Assembly (NCBI GenBank): GCA_951406725.2
Contig: OX597835.1
Location: forward strand, 1,116,001-1,180,000
Length of the DNA: 64,000 nt
Direction of reading: 5' to 3'
Source: Octopus vulgaris
Taxonomy: Eukaryota
Shown: piece after piece, positions 12,909-23,709 of the stretch
Numbering within the stretch: position 1 is the first letter of the stretch
Layout of the letters: each line of letters begins with the position of its first letter
Program-made: the position numbers and the translations under genes
The notes under the pieces: model-generated
The model's database searches: none
What the model was told of the DNA's origin: nothing
The model's input: only the letters and a program-made list of their open reading frames with translations

Positions 12909-13300
12909 TACATATTGACGTCACACCTACCGTCATATATACCCACGTACAAGCACTGATGCCGTTTACATAGTCACATGTACACGTACACACACATATG
13001 CACTCACATACGTGTCCATACAAATCCACATTAACATAGTCCAACATAAACCCACATTGACATGCACGTATATATACATACGCAAAATCCCATACACATA
13101 TGCATACATAAAAAAGCACACTAATGCCAACTACATAATCACACACATGAACCATACATATATACACACATACACAAAACTGGATTAACGCCAGCTACAT
13201 AGTTACACACACACACATCTACATACATAAACTCATGTGCACACACCTATATACACGTTGATGTCACATAGTTATACATGTACAAACACAACTTCCTTCG
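10450..13300. promoter_or_regulatory. CpG-retaining, transposon-free region; candidate promoter or first exon
   Basis: Visibly more CpG than the flanks; no recognisable TE; CCAAT on the minus strand near 12547; octamer ATGCAAAT at 11543-11550; minus-strand donor GGT|GTAAGT at 11709-11714. Confidence 0.4.
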
Positions 13301-13573
13301 CCCTCTCATATTATATACACCAATAAACATACCCTCACAGACTAGGCTGATGGAGATCCACAAGGACTTGCCTTCCTGGAGGTATTTCGCTTCTTTATGG
13401 TCAACCTGACAACCCAGTAAGATTACTTTGATTCTTTCTATTTTTCCACCCTTTTATCAGACAGCATTTTATTGATTATCATTGATGGATGAAAGTGGCC
13501 AGAAAATCACAACTTCCCAGTTCTTTAGCTCCTCATTCCTCCAAGAGACCATAACTCAGAAAAAAGGTGTAGT

Positions 13574-13621
13574 ACTCATATATCTGTCAATAGAGTGGGT
13601 TCTATTGACAGATATATGAGT
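13574..13621. repeat. Perfect 21-bp inverted repeat with 6-nt loop
   Basis: ACTCATATATCTGTCAATAGA-GTGGGT-TCTATTGACAGATATATGAGT. Confidence 0.95.
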
Positions 13622-13649
13622 GTATATATATATTTATATATATATATAA

Positions 13650-13935
13650 TTGCCACTGAATGTGACTAGGATGTTAAACACCTACATTGCTAGAAATACA
13701 AGTTAAAATGCTGCTCTGATGCTGGAGTAAACACACATGAATGAAAGCATGTGTACTAACAGGGATCAGAATTGTCCAAAAAATGCTGATCAAGAATTTT
13801 TCAGACAATTGAGGTCCCTATTAGAGTATGTTTCCACTCATGTGTATCCATACGGCAGTAGAACATTTTTAGCTTGTATTTCTAACAATGTTGGTGTTTC
13901 TTAACCTTAACACCCAAGTCACATTTTTGGTAACA
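13650..13935. repeat. About 285-bp imperfect palindrome (fold-back or MITE-like element)
   Basis: AATGTGACT..AACACCTACATTGCTAGAAATACAAG pairs with CTTGTATTTCTAACAATGTTGGTGTT..AGTCACATT; inner arms ACACATGA..AATTGTC and GACAATT..TCATGTGT; centre TGATCA near 13790. Confidence 0.8.
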
Positions 13936-14619
13936 ATAATAATTCTCCTTTTTGGTGAAACATTGCAACCAGCTGTTTATATCAAGTTTATATGTATGTA
14001 TGAATGAATGAATGTATTCTAGAGGTGTAGATAATTTTAATAAATCAAAGATATATGTTGTATGGTATTTGATATACCTGTATTTCCTTCTCTCTCAACA
14101 TACATACCAGGCTCTTTGGATTGTACTAGTCCTCCCCCACCCCACCAACACACATGTATTACAGTTGTTGGTTATGGCTGGCCAGACAGTTACTATAGGT
14201 TTCGCACCTATTATGCTCTTAGCAATATTGGCAACTCATCTGACCTACTGGGCGGAGGCACATAGTCTAAGATTTTTGAGGGTTTGCTTTTTTTGAACTT
14301 ATGAACAATTGACTGATATATATATACTTGAAATCTTATTTTGCGAATTGAGTGTAAATCAAGGCTGTTATTCCGTATAACTCACATCCTTTGCAAATTG
14401 TTGTAAATATATTCACAAGCATGACCCATGTCCTTATCTGACGGACTGCTCATGCCCATCGTCTCTCGACTTACCTCAACTCCAGCCTTGTGTCATAGGA
14501 ATCTTTCTATTTTCACTCCCATCTGTCACTCTTGTGACAAGGGCAGATTGTCAAGGCTGTCCAAAGCTACTGGATAATACGGGTTATATAATGTGTGTTT
14601 GTTTATGTTTGTGTATATC

Positions 14620-14681
<62 letters not shown>

Positions 14682-17140
14682 GATGATGATGATATAAGCT
14701 CACACATACATAATTGATAGAAGGTACAAAATGACTCAAAGGCACTTTCCAAGTTAGATATTGCATCTATCATTTGCTCCACCAAGCCTTTCTCTCTCTC
14801 CCCCTTTCTATCTGTCTGTCTCTCTATGTATGTGTGCATATGTGTGTGTGTGTGTATATATATAGATAGATAATGTTTGTGTGTATATGTGTTTATAATA
14901 CAAACATGGTAGTGACATTTGTATCATATACACAAATACAAATCTGACTTTTATTGATATGAGATTTATATCAATATAAATCTTACATTTGTATTCAAAA
15001 CAGCTGGAAAGCTATACGTATGTACTCTGTTTCATGCTTATAGTTTTATTTGGGAAAACAAAAAAAATATTCTGGCTTTGTATGTTCTCTTCTGTTTTTT
15101 TTTTCTTTTTCTCATCATTATTTGAATTTTTCCTCTGAGAAAGGAGCTCGTTTTAAACAAAAGATACAAAGCTCCATTATTTGGATGTAGATAAAAACAA
15201 ATTCACATTTTAAACTTGAGAAAAGTCTTGCAAATTTTTACTGTTCCACTTATTGATTGTATTTGCAATGTGCGAATTAGCTGCTTGATTTCTTTTCCTG
15301 CAAAGCCTAGCTTATCCAGACTGTCACTTAGATAATGCATTGGTGTGTTTATGTCTGTTTGTGTATTAATGTGGTCCTTCATGGTTTTGAACCAGATTCA
15401 GATGTTCTCTTTCTTCAATGCATGTTCAATAAAATTAAATACCACTAATATTTTAAGATCGATTCTAAATGGACTCTATTGTCTATAGACACATCATCAC
15501 TTGATAAAGCAAAATCTAAAAGAAAACCAGACAAAGGAAACGTAATTGTCTTGTGCTGAGATGAAATTCTTGTTGGTGAAGGAGCCTGGAGTGCCTCCAT
15601 ATGCTAAATTTGTTGAGAAGTGGGTGAAAATGGTGAATGAATGAATGGGTCCCACTCTCAGTGTGCAGAGACTGGTTTTTAAATATGTCCATCATTGTCT
15701 ATGGTGAAGAAAGAAAACTCGTGGATGCAAACTCTTTAAGTTTCTTATTAACAAAGAGTGGTTTCAATGAAGACAAATGGTATTTGTCAGATTAAAAACC
15801 ACTGCCTTACGTGGATGGTTCTACTTTAGTGTATTCTATCGCTTTTCTCATTTCATTTGAAATCCGCATATGTCCCCATGCAATAAACTGCCCTCGCATC
15901 TGTCGCCTCCCTTACTGCCTGCATATGTTATCGAATTCCAGCATTCACTGTGATATTGACAACAGCTGGATGGCTAAAGTTCCCATCCATGTTCTTTCCT
16001 ACACTCTCTCTCTCTTTCTTTCTCTCATTTATTTGGCAAACCAGCTCTATTTTACTTTCAAATGAATGCAAATAATGGGTCCTGTTTAAATATATATCTT
16101 TCATTTTTATGAGACAAAGTGAGTGTTAAACACAATTTATCAGGGTTGTGATTTTTAATTTTCCCATTCCTGATATATCTTGAACTGAGACGGGGGAAGG
16201 TGTGATATGAGGGAGATTTGGTTGTTATTTTTGGCAGGTAGAGCGAACATTCCTTCCCATTGACTGGTTCATATTGGATTTGGTGAACTCGAAAGTAGCC
16301 CATTCCTTGAAGGCATTCCTGTCGTGATCAGCCTGTCTGTTTTTTCTTTTTTCCAGATAGAGTATCTAAAATCATATTGTATGGTGAGAAGTATTTAGCT
16401 GCTATTTTAGACAAGTCAAACGATCAAAAGCTTGATCTGATTTTGTTGAAGATAATAATCTTTGGTGACCCTAAGATAATCACAACATATTGCCTTTGTG
16501 TCACTGATTTCTTCAACACTTCTATGACCGTGACTAGATGTTATCACTCACAACCACCGCGCGCGCGTGTGTGTGTGTGCGGTGATCACTCCATCTTCAC
16601 AGATGACTGCTGTCTGCTTGTGCTTCCTTGTTGTCAGTAGCATTTCTGACGCTCCGTCCATGACCTCTCAGATGACTGTTCAGTCTCGTTGCAGACCTGC
16701 ATGGCACACAGTTGTAACTTGCTGTGTGCTCCCAGCTGGTTAGGTCTACACATGTTGCCACTCTTCCAATACCTTATAACTTACAGCAGGTAGACTGATA
16801 AATGAAGTCATCATAAACAGAATCTGTACATTACTGAATTACCATGACAAATGCTTGTGCAAGAGAAATACCACTCTCTGAGACTTCGCAATTAGTACCT
16901 AGTGACCAGTAACCATGTGAAATTGGAGTTTTACATCAGTGTCCCTTTCCTAGAAGGTTCTTATGACAACAGTTAGGGTCCCTCACTCCCGGTGGGTTTA
17001 CTTCACGCTCTAACACCAACCATGAGGATTTTTGTCTCAATGCGTTCAAATGAATTGTCATTACATATGCTAATTAACCCATAACTGAGGTTCTGACAGG
17101 TGCTAGGGAGTTACATGCAAGTGTTATTCAAATCTTTATA

Positions 17141-17215
17141 ATTACCTCCGCCAAGGAAGGAGGTTATGTTTTCATTGCTGTTAGTTTGTCTGTCTGTCTG
17201 TCTGTATGCGAAAAC
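17141..17215 (+). mobile_element. Helentron-associated (HINE/DINE-like) 5' end fragment
   Basis: ATTACCTCCGCCAAGG(AAGG)AGGTTATGTTTT followed by a (GTCT)n microsatellite, the usual HINE start. Confidence 0.55.
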
Positions 17216-17442
17216 CTTCCCAAATGAAGAATATACCCCACAACATAGATTAGTAGTTAGCGACTTCAGGATCAGGGCTAAAGGGATGCCCAGAAGACAT
17301 ATTATGTCAATTCATTTATTTATTTACTAAAATGACAATTACAACAATATGCATACAAGTATAACATTATGCTTTACATATATAATATATAAAGATACCA
17401 GTAATTATTAAAATATATAACATACAGGAATAGAAAATGGGA

Positions 17443-17573
17443 AAATATCTTACAGCTGTTTCAGCCAAGAGGCAAAAATACCTCATTCTACCTTTATCCC
17501 TCCAGTAGACTGAAGTAATAAGTAGGTGAAATTGAGGTACTCGGGTGTTTCTCTGGGCTTCATCAGAGATTTT
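17443..17573 (-). ncRNA. Type I hammerhead ribozyme with extended stem II (Penelope-type)
   Basis: Minus strand: AAATCT-CTGATGA-AGCC...GGCT-GAAA-C AGCT G-TA^AGAT; all core nucleotides present; stem I ATCT/AGAT; palindromic minimal stem III. Confidence 0.8.
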
Positions 17574-17816
17574 AGAAAGTACATAAATGTTAAGTTATAA
17601 ATATAAATACACACACATATATACATACTTATACATATACATAAATATACATAAATGTATATACCTACACTTAAATGTACAAACATATTTGCATGTATGT
17701 GCATACACAAGAATCAATTATTATTATTATTATTAGATGCATTATATTATTCATATTAGATAAAAGAGTTATTTTAGTTATGTAAGAATGAAACTGCATA
17801 TACATGAGGAACATAC

Positions 17817-17847
<31 letters not shown>

Positions 17848-18250
17848 TATATATATACTTCATCTGTAAGTTAAATACCTGGTAGAACCTGAATTTAGTA
17901 TATTTAATATCCTCATAAATATTTATTCTATACATACCACCAAACCATTCTAAAGTACACTAATTTCATTTGTTTCTTTTTACATGATACCTATTTATTC
18001 CAGAATCTACGTCTATCAACATAGTACTTATATAACCTGGTGCATATATTACAATTTTTATGCATACTTTATTTATCTATTTATTTATTTGTTTCCTAAT
18101 TATAATACAGAGTATATTATAATTAAGAATATTCACAAATATTTAAAACCCGTCAATCAAATACATTTTCCGTTCATAGCTTTTAACTTTCGATACTCTT
18201 TGCTTCCCTCAAAAGATAAAATGATCACCTCAGTTGCATGAGCTCCATAT

Positions 18251-18369
18251 GAACCCTGACGAAGTCCTACCACCATATAGATGGAATGTGGCAACTTTCT
18301 TAGCATTAAACAAAATGCTTTGAAATTCCCATCAACTAGATATGGCTGAAACATATATATATAGGTTTT
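18251..18369 (+). ncRNA. Second type I hammerhead ribozyme, probably degenerate
   Basis: GAACC-CTGACGA-AGTC...GGCT-GAAA-C(AT)n-ATA^GGTTT; stem I AACC/GGTT; stem III replaced by an (AT)n run. Confidence 0.6.
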
Positions 18370-19009
18370 CTTTTCCTTTTTTATCTTAATTTATTTTTCT
18401 CTAAGTTTTCAAATTATAATCAATCTATTTGTAGTTATTTTTTTTAAAATGTCATTATTTTGTAAGATACAAATAAATTAATAATTACATCTATTTATTC
18501 TCCATTATCTTCCTGTCCCCCCCCCCCTAAATATATATATATCAAAAGGATGTGTTATAATACTATTCCATGTATACAAAAGCAGACATACCAACAATCC
18601 AGCATACCTCCATCATCAGCTGCCCCATGGACATCATCATGGTTTTGACACCTGGGCAATACTATTCAATCTGGTGGTGTCAGTAGCACTAAAATAAGTG
18701 TTGTTTGGGAACAAACATACCAAAGAAACCACAACTTTAAAAATACCATTAGCCCTATGTACAACAATATCGGTAAATAAATTCAATAAGTTAATCTATA
18801 ACCAATTCCTAAATATGTAACTAAGCAATGACCAAACCTTTAAGTCATACAAAAAATAATCCCTACAGTCTTCCGAAGTATAATATAAAAGGGAAAGCTT
18901 AATAACCACATTCAATCAATCTAAATAAAGGCAAGATTAAACACTAAGTTTAAAATTAAACTACAATATATATATATGCATTAAAATATTATAATTAATA
19001 ATTGAATTA

Positions 19010-19760
19010 TTTGAATGTCTTTCTAAATTTATGGCAACATCATAGAGTGCTCATTAAAATTCAATAAAATTAATTTAGAAGTAATTATAATACATTACTT
19101 CGAAGAAAAGATCACAAGTAGAATTACCAATATTATATGATAGTGCATAACTAATAACAGAACACTTTAAATCATATTTAATATTCCTGTCCTTTAAATC
19201 CCAAATGCATTTGCTAAGATCAGTAAAATGACATTTCTTCAGATTTAAAGGAATTAGAATGATTATAAAATCTAGATTTCCAACTATTAGCAGAAGAACC
19301 AATATACCAATACTTATGATGTCTAACTATTACTTTGCACTGATATACTATATTCTTCTTTAGACACTGATTTCCTAAAGGGCATTGAGTTTGTTTACAC
19401 AATTACACATGGATTTGTTCACTTGTAAATTGCCCTCAGAGTTAAAAAAATTTCTACTTGCAATATAGGCATTAAGGTTGGATTATAATTATTAGTATTA
19501 TTAGTATTACTATTAATAGAAGGTAAAAAACTTACTATATTATCAGCGTTTTGATCAGTTATAGAATTTAAACCTTGTTCCAAACGATTATCAATAACGT
19601 TAATTTCACTATACATATATCAGTTCTACAATTATTTATAGATTTAGAATTTAGGCATTCTCTAATTCCCTGTTTATTTTGTGCTGCAATAATCTCAGCT
19701 AAATTCCTAGTGCTTGAATATGAAAACTTTAGTGTAAGAAGTTAATATGATTACTGTTGA
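19010..19760 (-). mobile_element. Penelope-like element linker and GIY-YIG endonuclease (degenerate)
   Basis: TLKFSYSSTRNLAEIIAAQNK; CNC..TQCPLGNQCLKKNIVYQC..WYIGSSANSWKSRFYNHSNSFK; TDLSKCIWDLKD..YNIGNSTCDL. Confidence 0.9.
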
Positions 19761-20264
19761 TTGATGGTCATTCCGATGATCTAATATGCAGGTCAGGATT
19801 ACAATGTCCAATGTACAAAATCTTTATTGATCAATATTTTTTTATCGTGAGTTCATTGACCATTTGAAGCGGTAGGGTGTGATTCTCAGTGGTTTGGTTG
19901 TTGTTGTTGTTTTTATGGTGAGGGACCACGTTTGGGGATATTCAAAGGGAATCATGCAAATTGTGTTTCTCTTGTGCTTGCTGTTATTGGTGTTCAACTC
20001 TCCACTCCATGTAAGGACAGACTGGAGAGACATATGATGAAAGGTGTTCCAGTCATGACCATCCTGTTTTTTTTACTTGGTGTCATGTGCAGTAGAGTCG
20101 AATAACTACATTGTAAACTTAGTATGTTGTGTCCCTTAAGTTCTCTCTCTCTCTCTCTCTCTCTCTCCCATTCTCCCTCTCTTAATGTTGGGGTGTGCAG
20201 ATGAGTGTGTGTGTTTATATCTGGATGGGTTTGTGTTTATGTGTGAACTGAAATGTATATAGAA

Positions 20265-20315
<51 letters not shown>

Positions 20316-20607
20316 TATCTTGACAATTTATCTTGACACTCCTTTCCATATGTTTTCTGCTGTTCTTCTTGCTACTGCTAAAATTGCATTACTTCGTTAC
20401 CATGGTGACCAAAACACCATCATCTGATTCTCTCTTCCCTTTACCATCGTTATCATCATTGTAGTCAAGGTGTGGTGATTGGAAGGATTAACTCTTGCGT
20501 AATGCACGCATGCATGCGTGTGTGTGTGTGTGTGTGTGTGTGTGACGATGTTAATAAATTATGAGTTGTCATTTAGCCTTCGTAACATGACTTAACTCCT
20601 CTCCTTA

Positions 20608-20652
<45 letters not shown>

Positions 20653-20845
20653 GACAGCCACACTCGCCCAATCACTCATATAGAATTGAATGTCTTCTGC
20701 TCATATTTCCAATATAAAGTTGCCTTCATAATCGATGCCGTAAAGTTACGCTGCATAAGCATTATGCACTTTTTAAAAGCATCATATTTAATAAATATGT
20801 GTGTACGTGTGTCTGTGTGTAAATATACATGTGTATTTATGTATA

Positions 20846-21245
20846 TACTTTGATACTTTGATAGGTTTCGGCCATTATTGGCCCAGGCCATGTCTAACTT
20901 AATAGCACCACCTGGTGAAGTCTTTCAAGTCAGAATTTGGGCACTATGGCCCACTCAAGTAGAGAGTTATTGTTTACAGAGACATATCCGGGTGTAGGGG
21001 GTTTATCCGGGATTTCTTGAAGGAATCTGTCCAAAGACTTCTTGAACCCTATAGGGTCAGTTTCTGTTTTAATGTGTTTTGGTGTAATGTTAAAGAGAGC
21101 GGGGCCAATTGAGGTGAAATAATTGTGCCGTATTGTTGTTATGAGATGAGAGTGCGATTTTTGTTTTGGGCGGATGGCACGGGGCCCAAGCCTTGGATGT
21201 ACCTTAAAGGTGATGCCAACATCATTTGGGCAATGCTGATGGAAT
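20846..21245 (-). mobile_element. CR1/L2-group LINE 3' end
   Basis: GPALFNITPKHIK..FKKSLDRFLQEIPDKPPTPGY..NNNSL* then a short 3' UTR and tandem tail (ATCAAAGT)n. Confidence 0.7.
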
Positions 21246-21384
21246 ATGTATATATATATATATTTATGTGTGTATATATGTATGTATGTGCACATAATAT
21301 ATAATTATAAGCATGTTTGTGGGTGTATATATAGATATATATGCATCCATAATAGATATACATATGCATGTCTGCGCATGTGCA

Positions 21385-21480
21385 CGTGCACACACACACA
21401 CATGCACTGTCACGTCCACACACACACACACATGCACTGTCACGTGCACACACACACACATGCACTGTCACGTCCACACA
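21385..21480. repeat. Minisatellite (CA)n-TGCACTGTCACGT, three copies of about 30 bp
   Basis: Direct repeats visible in the sequence. Confidence 0.85.
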
Positions 21481-21964
21481 TTCCAGCTGTTTCATCAGTT
21501 ATGTGGAAATTGTTAATTGTATCTATTATAAGAGTTTCCGTAATTGTGTTGCTGGGAAAAAATTTTTTTTTATTCTATTCATTTTATAAAAAAAAACCAG
21601 CTTTGAATAATCTTCATTTAACAACTCCTAATTCTCATTCATTCATGAATCTGTGTTTTGAAGATTGTGTTTGTTTATAAAACCTGACACTCTACACTCT
21701 CTCTCCGTCCTGTTTACTTTCCCAGGCTTCTGTTGTTGAGTTTGAGGATGATGTCATCTCTTCGTCTCACATATCAAAATGACAACAGTTAACGCCACTT
21801 GCACTGTTGCACAGTATGTAGTTGATGCTGGTCTTGTTTGAAGCACATTAATATTTTTGTTGCCTTAGTGATCAATGTAGTCCATGAGTGAAGGCCCTCA
21901 CTTCTATTCACCAAGCTGGGAGCAGTGCTTTGGCATCTGCCGCTGCATTTACATATTTATGCAC

Positions 21965-22145
21965 ACCTCTGATTTAGTCTCAGGAGAGCCTTGTGATCAA
22001 AACATGTTCCAGTCATGACATAACCATCGAATCTTTTTAGTGTATCTCCAGCCTACGTTATACAATGTACCTGTTTTTTTTTTTTAAGATGGTGGGATGT
22101 GATTTGCAAGATATTAGGCTCTTTATGTCCAACTGGCCAGGTAGA
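21965..22145 (+). repeat. Representative copy of an abundant unclassified dispersed repeat (family X)
   Basis: Motif chain TGATCAAA..TTCCAGTCATGACCATC..AGATGGTAGGGTGTGATTTG..GATTTGGCTGCTATTTCTAG recurs near 8555-8760, 16200-16430, 19975-20075, 24045-24410, 41520-41900, 42430-42615, 44560-44710 (minus) and 51690-51890. Confidence 0.65.
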
Positions 22146-23145
22146 GTTAGGCCTATAAATGTGTGTGTGAGAGAGAGAGGTAGGGGCATTTATTTAGATG
22201 TGTTTATCAGAAAAAGCTGTTAACTTCCCTTACGATAAATATATTGCATACACTACACACACACACACACACACACACCACATATTGTATTCCTACTTTA
22301 CTGTATGGAAAAATGCAATATTGCTAAGTTGGCAAATCTCTGCCAAGCGTTCATTTACTGGACACTTGTGACACTTGTCATGCCTCGGATGACAGAGAAA
22401 TTAGTAAAGATGAACTAATTTACTATGCAGAAAAGAGATTTTACTATGTTTATAGTTTAATAACCAGGTTTTCAACTAGTTTTACAAATCTCTCCCGCCT
22501 GATTCGACTTTGCTTTTCATCTTTCAGGAATCAATAAAATAATTACCATTAAGTACTGAGCTTCGTATAACTTCATCTCTTATTGACACATTTGTGGTGT
22601 TGTATCTATGTCAGAAACCATTATGCTAGTTTGTGGCTGTTTCATCCTTCGGTCAACTCAGATGGTTGATCAATGGTGTCTGTCTTGAATGACCCCCTCC
22701 CCTACCTTTTTTTTTGCATGCACAGTGTATCTACATTATCTCATGTTAATGTGGGTTTTTTTTTAGATAATTTTTGCTTTTATCAAATTTGTGAGAAAAG
22801 AACAGGGCCTCCAGCATTGATGTGAGGGAGATGGGGTGGGAAGTATCTTCAAACTGGAGACATAACCTGAATACTTGCAATGAACATGGACTCCACTAAA
22901 GGCACCCGAGGTGTCAAGTGGTTATGTTCACCTGGGTAGTAGATTTGCAAGAGATTTGGGGTACTATTTGTGGCAGGTTGGAAACCACCTAGAGGCTCAC
23001 TTGTTGACTTGTAAAATGGTCGAATTGTAGAAACAGTTGTTCAAATTCTGCCAAAGTTGACTTTACCCGTTATTCATCTGGATTGATGAACTCTGTTATA
23101 CATTGGAGTTGATTCCATTTACTTTTAAATATATGTCTGTTTGTG

Positions 23146-23257
23146 GAGGTGCATGGCTTAGTGGTTAGGGTGTCAGCATTATTATCGTAAGATTGTGGTT
23201 TCAATTCCTGGACCGGGCGACGCGTTGTGTTCTTGAGCAAAACACTTCATTTCACTT
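23146..23257 (+). mobile_element. SINE family B head, 3'-truncated
   Basis: GGTGCATGGCTTAGTGGTTAG..GGTTTCAATTCC..TGTGTTCTTGAGCAAAACACTT matches 462-570. Confidence 0.75.
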
Positions 23258-23673
23258 TGATGAAATGAAATGTTTGATACATCAGTCTTGAACCTCCAGG
23301 AACCTGAAAGCAAAATGCTCTCCTCCCTCCCTCTTCCCTTACATCCCTGTGGGATCAGTTGACTGTACTCCTCCTGTACTCCTCCTGTGACTGTGTGTGA
23401 GAATGTTGTGAGGTTAAATTCCGTTTGAACTGACTTTACTTTTCATCCTTTCTAAAATAGGAAAAAAAAAAAAGAAATCTATTCAATTACTCGTTCAATT
23501 TAATCAACTTTTCCTTCTCACCAACTTGTTGATCTTGTAGCCATATTAAATTATTGTTGTTGCTGCAGTTATCATTAACTCTTAATCCATATGTGTCTTT
23601 GGATGGAGTAGAAAGAGAAGTAAATTGAGAGAGAGAAAGATTGTGTGGGAGTGACAAAGAAACAGTGTAAACA

Positions 23674-23709
<36 letters not shown>

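Noticed and set aside
14185-14225. Hammerhead-like CTAAGA-GCAT..GTGC-GAAAC on the minus strand
   Set aside because: Core lacks the conserved G of CUGA and stem I cannot be formed
15560-15680. Tx1-like C-terminal fragment (KFVEKWVKM..MNGPTL)
   Set aside because: Resembles 55395-55480 but too short and decayed to call
16333-16389. 27-nt microexon candidate (TTCCAG|ATAGAG...ATG|GTGAGA)
   Set aside because: Lies inside a copy of repeat family X whose T-tract mimics an acceptor; no independent support
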